A DNA stretch of 64,000 nt from Trichormus sp. ATA11-4-KO1. Lineage in GTDB: Bacteria; Cyanobacteriota; Cyanobacteriia; Cyanobacteriales; Nostocaceae. Within the stretch, counting starts at the first letter, position 1. Each line of letters opens with the position of its first letter. The notes beneath the pieces were generated by a model. The model did no database searches. It saw nothing but the letters and a program-made list of their open reading frames with translations, and had not been told where the DNA came from. Positions 19,979-30,274 of this stretch are shown piece by piece. The position numbers and the translations under genes are program-made. The stretch is taken from positions 96,001-160,000 of the forward strand of contig JAHHIM010000036.1 of the NCBI GenBank assembly GCA_019358915.1, written 5' to 3'.

Positions 19979-22237
19979 TTGATAGTGGCTAACACAAGTC
20001 TGAATCAAGAGCAACTGGTTAAAAACACTTCATTAAGCGCAGTTGATATCAGACAAATACCCAAAATTTTGCTTCGTAGACGCTTTTTGTGCTTAGGTGT
20101 TTCCTGCATAGTCATGTCAATTGCTAGCTTATTGGCTGTTAATACAAAACCGAATTACCAAAGCTCTATGCAGATATTGGTAAATTCCAATTTATATGCA
20201 GGGGTACGCTCAAGTGATATCCGGGTAGGTGTAAATAGTGAGTTTACTGAGCCAAATCTTCCAGTGTTTGACTACAGCGCTCAAATGAAACTAATGCTGA
20301 GTTCTAAACTTATCCAGAAAGCTGTAGATATTCTGCGTCCTGATTATCCAAACTTAACTGTAGAAGATATAAAAGGTAACAATGATAACACTAAAAAAGC
20401 ACCTTTAGTAGTTACTCAATTAAAGGGTAAAGCTGGATTTAATCAAGGTCTTAGTCAAGTATTTGAAGTTTCCTTTCATGACGATGATGCAGTCAAAACA
20501 CAAAAGGTACTTCAAGCTCTACGCAAAGTTTATCAAGACTATAATATAGAGCAACAAAACGAACGTCTGAATAAAGGACTTGCTTTTGTTAGTGCCCGCT
20601 TGCCCCAGATTAAAAAAGAGGTGAGTCAAGCAGAGAAAAACTTAGAACAGTTTCGCAGAAAACATAATATACTAGATCCGGAAGTACAAAGTAAAATCCT
20701 GCTAGAGTCTCTCGCCAATATCCAAAAACAGCGACAAACTACCCGTGCAGAACTTCAAGATGTACAAGCTCGCTACAATAATTTAGAAAAAGAAATAGCA
20801 TTTTTATCTCAAAATGCACTAATTACCTCTCGTTTAAATCAGTCAACACGTTACCAGTCGCTATTGACTGAGTTTCAAAAAACAGAACTGGCTCTAGCTA
20901 ACGAACAGAGGCGCTACACAGAAGAGTCACCCATCATAGAACAACTTCAGCAACAACGCCAGAGTCAACTAGATCTGTTACGACAAGAGGTAAAACAATT
21001 ACTAAGTGACAAAGCTATCAATACCAGAAATACGGAAAAAACACTGTTGACGCAGGGACAGATAGCAGGAGTTGACCCAATACTAGTGCAAGAGTTCATT
21101 CAAGTGCAAACAGTTGTTCAAGGACTAATTGCCAATGAAAAGAGCCTAGCTGAATCAGAAGAACGACTGCGATCGCAACTCAGCAAATATCCCAGCCTCA
21201 TAGCAGAATATAATCGTTTATTACCAGAGGTAGAAGCAAAACGCAAAACACTTGAGCAACTACTCCAAACACAACAGTATCTGGGACTGAAAATTTCTCA
21301 GGGAGGTTTTGATTGGCAAGTGTTAGAAGAGCCGGCGCTGGGAACCTCTACAAGTAACCGCAGATTATTACTTTTATTTGGGGGAGTTGTAGTCAGTCCC
21401 ATTTTAGGTATCGTAGTTGCCCTAACTTGGGGGATGTTTAATTACACTATTTATTCTGTACAAGAATTACAGAAGCTAACGAAACTGCGATTACTGGGGT
21501 CAGTACCTAAATTAGCGCCGCTTGGTATCAAGAAGCGGCTTCCCAGCTTGTTTATGAATCGGCGGCGAAATTTGGCTCCTTCTTTGGTAGAAGCTAACAC
21601 TTGGTTACCTTGCCACGAAAGCTTGGATATTGTCTACCAAAACATTCAAATATTCAAATATCCTTTCCTCTTCAAGTCCATAATGTTAACTTCAGCATTA
21701 TCTGGGGAAGGCAAGACAATCTTATCACTGGGACTGGCGGCTAGTGCTGCTCGTATGCATCGACGCATACTACTGATTGATGCCAACCTGCGGTATCCTA
21801 ACCTGCATAAAATCCTGAAACTATCCAATGACTGGGGACTATCTTTGTTATTACTCGATGAAACAAACACCCATGTTCAGGATTACATCCAGCCGATTCA
21901 CCCTGCCATTGATATTTTGACTGCTGGCCCTACACCGGAAGATACAATCAAGCTGCTGAGTTCTCAGCGAATGCAAGAACTAATAGAGTTGTTTGAGCAG
22001 ACCTATGATTTAGTGTTAGTAGATGCTCCACCCATTTTAGGTATGGTGGATGCCAGGATTTTAGCATCATTCTGTCATGGGATTGTGATGGTGGGGCGCA
22101 TTGGTCAAATAACCCCAAAAGAATTGACACAAACGATAGAAATTTTGAGCAATTTGAATTTAATTGGCATTATCGCTAATGATGTGAGTAATTCTCAAGG
22201 GGAATGGGGAATGGGGAATGGGGAGATGAGGAGATAG
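19979..22237 (+). CDS. Wzc/GumC-like polysaccharide co-polymerase / BY-kinase without a Tyr cluster (start may be GTG 19985)
   Basis: Two TMs around a coiled coil; SGEGKT, LIDANLR, LVDAPP. Confidence 0.9.
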   Translation: MIVANTSLNQEQLVKNTSLSAVDIRQIPKILLRRRFLCLGVSCIVMSIASLLAVNTKPNYQSSMQILVNSNLYAGVRSSDIRVGVNSEFTEPNLPVFDYSAQMKLMLSSKLIQKAVDILRPDYPNLTVEDIKGNNDNTKKAPLVVTQLKGKAGFNQGLSQVFEVSFHDDDAVKTQKVLQALRKVYQDYNIEQQNERLNKGLAFVSARLPQIKKEVSQAEKNLEQFRRKHNILDPEVQSKILLESLANIQKQRQTTRAELQDVQARYNNLEKEIAFLSQNALITSRLNQSTRYQSLLTEFQKTELALANEQRRYTEESPIIEQLQQQRQSQLDLLRQEVKQLLSDKAINTRNTEKTLLTQGQIAGVDPILVQEFIQVQTVVQGLIANEKSLAESEERLRSQLSKYPSLIAEYNRLLPEVEAKRKTLEQLLQTQQYLGLKISQGGFDWQVLEEPALGTSTSNRRLLLLFGGVVVSPILGIVVALTWGMFNYTIYSVQELQKLTKLRLLGSVPKLAPLGIKKRLPSLFMNRRRNLAPSLVEANTWLPCHESLDIVYQNIQIFKYPFLFKSIMLTSALSGEGKTILSLGLAASAARMHRRILLIDANLRYPNLHKILKLSNDWGLSLLLLDETNTHVQDYIQPIHPAIDILTAGPTPEDTIKLLSSQRMQELIELFEQTYDLVLVDAPPILGMVDARILASFCHGIVMVGRIGQITPKELTQTIEILSNLNLIGIIANDVSNSQGEWGMGNGEMRR

Positions 22238-22416
22238 GGGGATGAGGAAGCATTTTCGTTCTTGTCCCCTTTTCTTATTTGATGAGCTGATTTTCAATTC
22301 CGATCGCATAATTAGTGAGGAAGTGGCAACTTCCCAGGGTGGAGTACTGTCTCATCTTGAGTAGTAGACACTATAGTCCAGAACGTCAAACAGATACTTG
22401 CTTAAATGTGATTTAA

Positions 22417-23571
22417 ATGATCAGTATGAAATTTCAACTGTTATTAGGCTCTTTATTTTCCCAGATCAAAGTACGTCATTGGTGGATAGGTATCTTCTTG
22501 TGGATGGCTTTAGTGGCCCCAGCTCAAGCATCTGTAATTTTGCGCGTAGCAATTGAGAGGGGAGTTAATCAGGTGAGAGTTGGCAGTTCTACGGCGGCGG
22601 TTGTTAAGGATAGCACGGGTCGTACTCTCGGACAATTGCCGGCAATGAGTTCATTTTATGCCCAAACCATCCCTGGTGGAGTGGCTTTGGAACGGTGGCA
22701 ATCTGGCTTATTTTGGATTGAGCCAACAGGTGATGGATTTGTTTATATTGGCGATCGCTGGTATCGGGGTAGAACGCTGGTTGTCCCTACAGAGAAAGGT
22801 TTAGATGCCGTTAACTGGGTTGATTTAGAAGAGTATCTTTACAGTGTTCTAGGTGGCGAAATGGATTCTGGATGGCCTCAAGAGGCTCTCAAAGCTCAAG
22901 CGATCGCTGCCCGTACCTATGCTCTCTACAAGCGCAATGAACAGCGCAATAATCCCATTTACGACTTAGGTGCTAGTCCAGATCGCTGGCAAATTTATCA
23001 AGGAATCAGCAGCGAGTCTCCCAGTACATACAACGCAGTCGATGCCACAGCCGGGAAGGTACTAACTTATAAAAATGAGATTATTCTCTCAGTGTTCCAC
23101 GCCTGCTCTGGAGGGCACACTGAAAATGTCGAAGATGTTTGGGGAAACCCTTTAGCTTACCTGCGTGCTGTTCAAGACTTCGATCAAAATATCAGCGCGT
23201 GTAATTGGGTAAAAACCTTTTCTCCTGATGAAATTAGCAGCACAATTTCTGGTGTAGGCAATGTCAAAGAGATGATTCCAGAAGCCTACTCACCTTTCCG
23301 TAGTGTTAAAGCCTTAAAAATTGTTGGTGACAAAGGTACAAAGGTGCTAAAGGGCGAAGAAGTGCGGACTGCGCTCAAACTGAGAAGTACTCGCTTCAAT
23401 ATCACTAAAGGCGCAGATGGTAACTTTGTATTACAAGGGCTAGGCTTTGGTCATGGTTTAGGCATGAGTCAATGGGGAGCGTACAATCTGGCTCGACAAG
23501 GAGCAAACCACCTGCAAATTTTAGGACATTATTACCAAGGCGTAGCTCTAACGCCAATTAAAACGAAGTAA
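22417..23571 (+). CDS. SpoIID/LytB domain protein
   Basis: EEYLYSV, EALKAQAIAARTYA, GGHTE, GFGHGLGMSQWGA. Confidence 0.92.
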   Translation: MISMKFQLLLGSLFSQIKVRHWWIGIFLWMALVAPAQASVILRVAIERGVNQVRVGSSTAAVVKDSTGRTLGQLPAMSSFYAQTIPGGVALERWQSGLFWIEPTGDGFVYIGDRWYRGRTLVVPTEKGLDAVNWVDLEEYLYSVLGGEMDSGWPQEALKAQAIAARTYALYKRNEQRNNPIYDLGASPDRWQIYQGISSESPSTYNAVDATAGKVLTYKNEIILSVFHACSGGHTENVEDVWGNPLAYLRAVQDFDQNISACNWVKTFSPDEISSTISGVGNVKEMIPEAYSPFRSVKALKIVGDKGTKVLKGEEVRTALKLRSTRFNITKGADGNFVLQGLGFGHGLGMSQWGAYNLARQGANHLQILGHYYQGVALTPIKTK

Positions 23572-23674
23572 ATAGGGCATGGGGAATGGGGAGATGAGGA
23601 AGCATTTTCGTTCTTGTCCCCTTCCTTGTCACCTTGTCACCGTTCGACTGAGCGCTCACGCCGAAGCCTGTCAC

Positions 23675-24991
23675 CTACTCCCCACTTCCTTCTTGCAAAC
23701 GCCGTTGCCATTCAGCATCAATTTGTGCAGAACGCTCAACTTCTTGGTCGAGTAAGTCGGTTTCGGTGGAATATACTAAATCGTCTTTACCGATGATTGT
23801 TTCATTGGCAAACTGACGGGCATAATCAATTTTTCGCTGTATGGTGTCATCTGGATTAGCTAATAGCCTGGATCGGGACAGGCGATCGCGGTTGCGTGCA
23901 GCAATCTTTTTATTGCGCCACTGAATCCAGAAATAACGCAATAAAGGTATAGCCAAGAAACCTGTGCCGTAACCTAACAATAGCCAGTAAATTCCTTGTA
24001 CAAATGCTACTAATCCACCTAATTCGGCGGCAACTGTACCATCTGCTAATAATCCTCCCAGTATTAATGCAGCAACAAAATTTAGTATCCCCAACCCAGC
24101 CGCCAGCATAATTTGTCCTGAACCCGCCGCACTAAAATGCCAAGGGAATTCCTCCAGATACGTTGCTATTGACTGACGATGCTTGTTGCTTGCTTTTACC
24201 TGTAATTCTGGAAAGTAATAGACAATATGTCCCTCAGGACTTACCTGCGGTTGGCCGTTAAATCGCAGGAGAACAGGTAACATATAATCTTCGTACTCTT
24301 GTGTATAACTTTCACCAAGATTATCCAGATACGGGGCAATTTGTTCTGCAACTACTGCACCACGGTTATTCCGAATCACAGCCGCAATTTCTTGCCAACG
24401 GCGTTCTTCTAAGTTGGCATTAGGATTACCATCGCCAAACAGAAACGAAAATACAGCCTCAAAGAAATTTAAATTACTTTCTTGGCTTCTGTCTTGGCGT
24501 CTTTCGTATCGCTGCTCCTGGTAGCGAGTGCGATAATTGGGGCTAAAGTACCAAAATAAATCTGGAAAGGGGAAAAAGAAGAACCCACCACCCCTAGAAT
24601 TACTTCCTCTATTGTTGCCGTCACGATCTGAGTTAGCAGCAGTGATGATGACAATGATGGTAATAGTTATTAGGGCAATGGAAACAATTAAGAAAATGGC
24701 AAAAGAAATACGAATGAGGTAAAACAGAACTCCCCAAACCTTTTTCCACCATTCTTGCAACTGTAACTGAAAGTATTTTTTACGTAAATTTTCTTTAAAA
24801 TTTCGTGGAAATTGGTAAACAATATCACCAGTCTCTGCAACTTGTAAATGTCCGCCTGTATCGGAAGCCAGGGCTAATAACCCTTGCCCAGCCTCTGCAA
24901 CATTCAATCCTGCCTGGGTTGCCACATCACCAACGGTGACTCGGTAACCCAGTTTTTCTATAGCTTGCATGATGGTGGGATTGGGAGCCAT
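23675..24991 (-). CDS. Conserved cyanobacterial/plastid membrane protein (At5g03900-like)
   Basis: RVTVGDVA..LALASDTGGHLQV..GDIVYQFP; FSFLFGDGNPN; recognised from memory. Confidence 0.7.
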   Translation of the reverse strand: MAPNPTIMQAIEKLGYRVTVGDVATQAGLNVAEAGQGLLALASDTGGHLQVAETGDIVYQFPRNFKENLRKKYFQLQLQEWWKKVWGVLFYLIRISFAIFLIVSIALITITIIVIITAANSDRDGNNRGSNSRGGGFFFFPFPDLFWYFSPNYRTRYQEQRYERRQDRSQESNLNFFEAVFSFLFGDGNPNANLEERRWQEIAAVIRNNRGAVVAEQIAPYLDNLGESYTQEYEDYMLPVLLRFNGQPQVSPEGHIVYYFPELQVKASNKHRQSIATYLEEFPWHFSAAGSGQIMLAAGLGILNFVAALILGGLLADGTVAAELGGLVAFVQGIYWLLLGYGTGFLAIPLLRYFWIQWRNKKIAARNRDRLSRSRLLANPDDTIQRKIDYARQFANETIIGKDDLVYSTETDLLDQEVERSAQIDAEWQRRLQEGSGE

Positions 24992-25236
24992 TACTCTTCC
25001 CTCCTATTAAAAGTTTCTCTATCTTTATCAAGTATAAAGTTTTATTTTGGTTGCCTTAGCTGGGGATTGGAGACTGGGGAGCGGGGGAGAGTATGATATA
25101 AGTCCTTTCCCCTCTGCTCTCCCTCCTCACTCAGCGATTGGTTATTTTTTTATTTGTCAGTCCATAAGTTGCTACTCTCTTCATGTTAGAATTATTCGGC
25201 TTGGCTTGGTTAATCAGCAACTTTTCTGTCCTAAAT

Positions 25237-25716
25237 ATGGTTCAGTACACTCTCGCTCAAAGCCCAGAAATCATCCTCAATGTTTCTGGAAAAGATTCAG
25301 CCAAAGCCCGTGATAAAGCTATGGATCAGCTGATGGAATTGATGGATGCTGGTAAGCTACCCACTGAACTGGAAGAGGGATTTAGCCCTCAACAATTAAT
25401 TGAGGTGAAAGAACCAGCTAACGATTCTGCCAGTGGTGAGGACGGCATTACCCAAGCTGTCCAAATTTTAAATAATTTGGCTACACTCAAGCTAAAAGTG
25501 CAGGAATCACGCGCTGAAGCACTAGAAATTCGCAAGGCTGTTGATGTTTTATTTTCAGATAATTCAGTAAGTGAAGAGGAAATTGCTCGTCTCAAGGAAG
25601 GTTTTAAAGTCCTGAAAAATTTTGCCCAAGCTAATTTGCGTTACCAAGAAGCCAAAGCTAAAGCAGAACATGCTCGGCAAGTTTTGGATCAAGCTTTAAA
25701 ATCACCTGATAAGTAG
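25237..25716 (+). CDS. Conserved hypothetical coiled-coil protein
   Basis: ATG at 25237 (MVQYTLAQSP...); terminator follows. Confidence 0.75.
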   Translation: MVQYTLAQSPEIILNVSGKDSAKARDKAMDQLMELMDAGKLPTELEEGFSPQQLIEVKEPANDSASGEDGITQAVQILNNLATLKLKVQESRAEALEIRKAVDVLFSDNSVSEEEIARLKEGFKVLKNFAQANLRYQEAKAKAEHARQVLDQALKSPDK

Positions 25717-25742
25717 TTTTTTGTTGGTATATTAAGTAATAC

Positions 25743-25777
25743 AAAAGTCAAAAGAAAGAAGTTTTCTTTTGACTTTT
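25743..25777. terminator. Probable bidirectional intrinsic terminator
   Basis: AAAAGTCAAAAGAAA / TTTCTTTTGACTTTT between convergent genes. Confidence 0.7.
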
Positions 25778-25790
25778 TCAATTATTAAAC

Positions 25791-28073
25791 TTAACGTCGT
25801 CTATTTCTTCTCAAAGCAGAGGAAAGTGAACCGTTGTTATTTTCTGCGTCTTCAGCAATTCTTTCAGCACCGATATTTTGTTGGTAATATTGCTGATAGT
25901 AGTTGTGAGAAACAGGGATAGAATCTTTAGATTTGTTAGCTATCATTCCTAACATGGGAGTGCCAGATATCTGAATTTCTTCTAATACTTGCTGGAGTGC
26001 AGTACGTTTTAACTTACCCAAACCAGCCACTAGCACAATGCCATTAGTATTAGCAGCCATGAGGTGAGCATCTGCAAATCCTAAAAGCGGCGGTGTGTCA
26101 TAAATGACTAAATCAAAATCTGCTTGCAGGTTGTCCATGAGATCCTGCATTTTTTGAGAAGCTAGCAACCTCACTGAGTCCGGTGGAATTGGCCCAGCAG
26201 TCATGACAAACAAATTTTCTTCTAGAGGCGATCGCTCGATCACATTATGCCAATCTAGATCTTGGGAAATTACATCAGTCAAGCCTTGAATATTCATCAG
26301 TCCTACACGATTGTGTAGGCTAGGACAACGGAGATTAGCATCTACTAACAAGACTCTTTGTCCCATCGCGGCAGCTGCCTGTGCTAGCTGTATAGCAACA
26401 GTAGATTTACCATCTCCTTGTCCCGGTGAACTGATGACTAAAGAGCGAATTGGCGTATCTGAACCCAAAAGCAGAATGTTTGTGTAAAGCGAGCGAAAAA
26501 CTTCAAAAAATGAGGCGCTACTTGGTTGTTGTATCCCTCTAGCTAAATTTCCTTGGGTAGATGTTGCCAATTCTTTCTTCAAAGGCACTATTCCTAGTAG
26601 TGGGAGTCTAGTAGTATCTTTAAGTTCTTTAGCTGTGTAGAAAATGTTGCTCAGTTTATCTACAACTAAAGCTGCTCCTAGACCCAATAGTAGCCCTAAA
26701 GCACCCCCCAATGCTAAGTTTCTCGTAGCACTGTCGGAAATCGCCGCAGGACTATTAACTCCAGCCAAGTTTGGATCAAGTAACAGCCAAGGTTGCTGCT
26801 TTTGAGCTTTCTCGATCTGCAATGCTTGTTGTTTAGCGGTAAATTGAGTCAGAGCATCAGTGGCAATTAGTAATTCCCGTTGAATGTTAGCGTAATCACG
26901 GCTAATGGTTGCCAACCCTCTGATTTCACTGCTAACATTTCGGATTTTCTCCGCCAGAGATACATCTCTGGCTGAAAGTGCGCGGATACGACTTTGAAAA
27001 TCTCTTTGTACTCGTAATTCTTCGCCAGCTAGCAAGGGAAGTAAATAAGCTTTCCGCTCTCTTAATGTCACCATTGTGGGATTGTCTTCAGTCAATATGG
27101 CTGACTGATTCGTAATTTCAACTTCCGCAGCTTGGACTTGATCCAGTATCCTTTGGTATCGGGGATTTTCACTCAGTAAAGAATTACCAGCTCTCTCTCC
27201 TGGCTGTTGTGCTAACTCTACTTGTAAATCTTGATATCTGGCTACCGATTGTTCTAGCTCTACTCGATTATTGATTCGCTGTTGACTCAAAGCAGCAAGT
27301 TGACTAGATAATTCTTGAGCTTTCTGGTCTGGCTCAATTAAGCTATTATTTAATCGCAGGTTTCGCAGTTGATTTTGCCAGTATTGCACTCGCTCATCCA
27401 GAGGCTTTCTTTGTTGATTAACAAAATTAATAGCTTGAACTACGTCTGATTGACGATCTTCCAGACTGTAATTTAGATAAGCATCAGCCAGTAAATTTGA
27501 AAAATTCCTCACTAGCTCCTGATCTGGATTGGTAAATTGAACATTTATGATATTTGGTTGTTCGGATGTAATAGTTAAGTTACTAACAAAGAGGCCGTAA
27601 AGCAGGTTAGGAGTAATTTCTGGGTATCGAGCTTGAAGACCTTCAATAAAGTCTGGGTATTGCGCCTGAAGCCTATCAATAAAATTCGGGTCTTGAGTCT
27701 TGAGTTGTTCAATGATGGGTTCAATAATTCGAGGACTCTGTAAGACTGCAATTGTTGTCTGAAGTTCTTGTTGTTGTGACGTACTATTTGTATTCCCTTG
27801 GGCATTTAAAGCTTGGGGGACATTGGCAATAACCTGACTTTCTCCAGTCACACGTTTGGTTAATATATCGAACCTCCCTTGATAAACTGGAGGATCAGTT
27901 TTTGCCTTCAAAACTGCTGCTGTTGCTAATAAGCCTGTTATGCCAACAATTAACAACAATCGGCGACGCAAGACTGCTGCAATTTGACCTAGATTCAATT
28001 CATCATCACTATCATTTAACTGAGCAGTTTTAGCATTTGATAACAGGTGAGGATATTTGTCTGATTGCAGCAT
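25791..28073 (-). CDS. wzc: Wzc-like polysaccharide export BY-kinase
   Basis: GDGKST, LVDANLR, IYDTPP, C-terminal NYYQQYYQQ Tyr cluster. Confidence 0.88.
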   Translation of the reverse strand: MLQSDKYPHLLSNAKTAQLNDSDDELNLGQIAAVLRRRLLLIVGITGLLATAAVLKAKTDPPVYQGRFDILTKRVTGESQVIANVPQALNAQGNTNSTSQQQELQTTIAVLQSPRIIEPIIEQLKTQDPNFIDRLQAQYPDFIEGLQARYPEITPNLLYGLFVSNLTITSEQPNIINVQFTNPDQELVRNFSNLLADAYLNYSLEDRQSDVVQAINFVNQQRKPLDERVQYWQNQLRNLRLNNSLIEPDQKAQELSSQLAALSQQRINNRVELEQSVARYQDLQVELAQQPGERAGNSLLSENPRYQRILDQVQAAEVEITNQSAILTEDNPTMVTLRERKAYLLPLLAGEELRVQRDFQSRIRALSARDVSLAEKIRNVSSEIRGLATISRDYANIQRELLIATDALTQFTAKQQALQIEKAQKQQPWLLLDPNLAGVNSPAAISDSATRNLALGGALGLLLGLGAALVVDKLSNIFYTAKELKDTTRLPLLGIVPLKKELATSTQGNLARGIQQPSSASFFEVFRSLYTNILLLGSDTPIRSLVISSPGQGDGKSTVAIQLAQAAAAMGQRVLLVDANLRCPSLHNRVGLMNIQGLTDVISQDLDWHNVIERSPLEENLFVMTAGPIPPDSVRLLASQKMQDLMDNLQADFDLVIYDTPPLLGFADAHLMAANTNGIVLVAGLGKLKRTALQQVLEEIQISGTPMLGMIANKSKDSIPVSHNYYQQYYQQNIGAERIAEDAENNNGSLSSALRRNRRR

Positions 28074-28827
28074 AATATTTGTAATTTAAACTACTGGAAT
28101 TGTTTACACAGACGAATGCCTCGATTCAATCTTGGCGTAGTTAGTCTTCTTGGCAGTTGCCTTATTTTGCACTATACCGGGCAAACTACTGAATTGACTG
28201 ACTAGTCATATGATTCAAACACCCCAAAAGGATATTAGGTATTGTCAAAAACCTAGCTATGATACCCATTATGTTAACTACAGTGTTGAGAATACAGGCT
28301 AACTGGGAGCAATGCAATATCACTACAGTAACATTGCGTAGCCTAAATTGGCTGGCTCACTGACGTTTTCAGTTAAAGCTATACATAATTTTTACTCATT
28401 CAACATACTAATATGACCTACAACTTTGTATAGACTTTATCTACAGTCAGCTTAACTTGATATTGTAATCAATGATTTTGGCACCATCAACGAGGTAATA
28501 CCAATTTCAAAAAAAAAGGAGTTAGACCCCAATACGATTTAATTACAGATAATTTTAGTAACGCGACAAGCTTAATTTACTGTATGGAGTCATAATCCAT
28601 ACTTTGGGTAGCTTTACTGTACTAAAGCTACATGTGTAGTGATCTTTTGCAAAAATTTTTATCATGCTTGTGATGGCAAGTTGTCAGAAGTCATAGCCAA
28701 GTGCTGATTGCTGAGGATAAACCCAGTTACCTCCAGGCTAGTAATCAACACTGTCCTAACCTATGTGACTACGGCTATGAATTAAAAACAAAAAAATGAG
28801 GAGCAGATTTTTTTACTCCTCTTTAAA

Positions 28828-28899
28828 CTGGGGCGCTAGGATTCGAACCTAGGGATGGCGGGACCAAAACCCGCTGCCTTACCACTTGGCTACGCCCCA
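28828..28899 (-). tRNA. trnQ: tRNA-Gln(TTG)
   Basis: TGGGGCGTAGCCAAGTGGTAAGGC..TTTTGGT..GGTTCGAATCC..CCCCAG cloverleaf. Confidence 0.97.
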
Positions 28900-29532
28900 A
28901 TACTTGACTCGTAACACTATAGCAGCTTCTACCGGGGTCATGTCAAGTACCTGGAGAAAAAAATTAGGACAAATCAGTCTGCATTTTAGCCGTTCATTAT
29001 AAAATCGCGATCGCTCGTGGCGTTTTTGGCTCGGCACACGATTTCCTCCCCTGGTTTCTGAATGCCAGAGACCATACTTCACCTCGGATTGATTTCAACT
29101 GACCAGGTTGTGAATTAACCTCAGGATATTCTTTTTGAGAATTCTTGGTTTAGTTGACTATGTAAATCAGCCCAAACAGCTTTATAAAAAATTAACAGCT
29201 TTGTATTTTTTCTATGAACCTGACTTGAAAAGTCAATACACGTATGTATACTGGCTATGGGCATATTACGTAAGTATTTCACTGTGCTAAATTCCTGATA
29301 GGTAAAAGTGAATACTTAAGTTAAATCCCTGTTGTTTTTACCAAAGATTAGAATTTTTTATCAAAAGATTTAAGGGTTTATACCAAAATTCAGACTACAA
29401 CTACTAAATTGTCTAATGTAAATCTTGTACTGATTCCGTCCATCTAAAAGTTAAAAGTGTGTAGATATTATGAGGTTCTACCACGTGTTTAGAAAAAAGT
29501 AGTCACAGAACAAAAGGAAAATTAGGATAAGG

Positions 29533-29847
29533 ATGAAAATTACAGAACTAGACGCTCACATCTCAGACTCTTCAATAGTAGTAGCAATTCCAGAACAAAT
29601 TTTTTCCGACATTGGCGATGAAGCAGTTATTCTGCATCTGAAGACAGGAATTTACCACGGACTAAATGAGGTAGGGGCGCGGATCTGGACTTTGATTCAA
29701 GAACCAAAAGCTGTGAAAGATATCAAGCAGAGCATTTTAGAAGAATATGAGGTGGCATCTGAAGAATGCGATCGCGACTTGATAGCATTGCTAAAAGACT
29801 TTCTTGCAGCTGGACTAATTGAGGTTAAAAATGAGACGAATGCGTAA
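29533..29847 (+). CDS. Lasso peptide B1 protein (PqqD-family RiPP recognition element)
   Basis: EAVILHLKTGIYHGLNEVGARIW...EYEV..C..D...GLIEV. Confidence 0.93.
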   Translation: MKITELDAHISDSSIVVAIPEQIFSDIGDEAVILHLKTGIYHGLNEVGARIWTLIQEPKAVKDIKQSILEEYEVASEECDRDLIALLKDFLAAGLIEVKNETNA

Positions 29848-30274
29848 GTTCTTGCATTTGAGTGCAGGCGATCGCTATTTTTTAATCAAGACCTTATTTT
29901 TACTAGGAGCAATCAGGTTAGGGCTGGGGTTACTACCGTTTAATAAATTACTAAAACTCCTCACGAAAATTAGTCAGCCCAGTCAAGGAACGCAGAGTAT
30001 CCACCAAGTATCTGTGAGCAAAATTGTTTGGGCTGTGAACGCAGTGACTCGCTGTGTACCAGGTGCTAAATGTCTGGCGCGGGCTTTAACTACCCAAGTG
30101 TTGATGAGTCGTTATGGATACCTACCCGAATTCCGCATTGGCGTGGCCAAGGGAGAAACAGGAAAGTTAGAAGCTCATGCTTGGATTGAATATCAAGGGC
30201 TAGTTGTCATCGGTAATCTCCAAGACCTTTCGCGTTATATGCCACTGCCGTCCCTGGAAGGAGTGAGATTATGA
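29831..30274 (+). CDS. Lasso peptide B2 leader peptidase (transglutaminase-like)
   Basis: KCLARAL...IGVAK...EAHAWIE; overlaps B1 and C. Confidence 0.93.
   Translation: MRRMRKFLHLSAGDRYFLIKTLFLLGAIRLGLGLLPFNKLLKLLTKISQPSQGTQSIHQVSVSKIVWAVNAVTRCVPGAKCLARALTTQVLMSRYGYLPEFRIGVAKGETGKLEAHAWIEYQGLVVIGNLQDLSRYMPLPSLEGVRL

Noticed and set aside
28879..29082. 67-aa ORF upstream of tRNA-Gln
   Set aside because: Runs into the tRNA; no motif or RBS.
29308..29316. GTGAATACT (and GGGAATAGT near 37333) as SigJ-type promoter motifs
   Set aside because: Single-mismatch 9-mers in AT-rich DNA; not supportable without TSS data.
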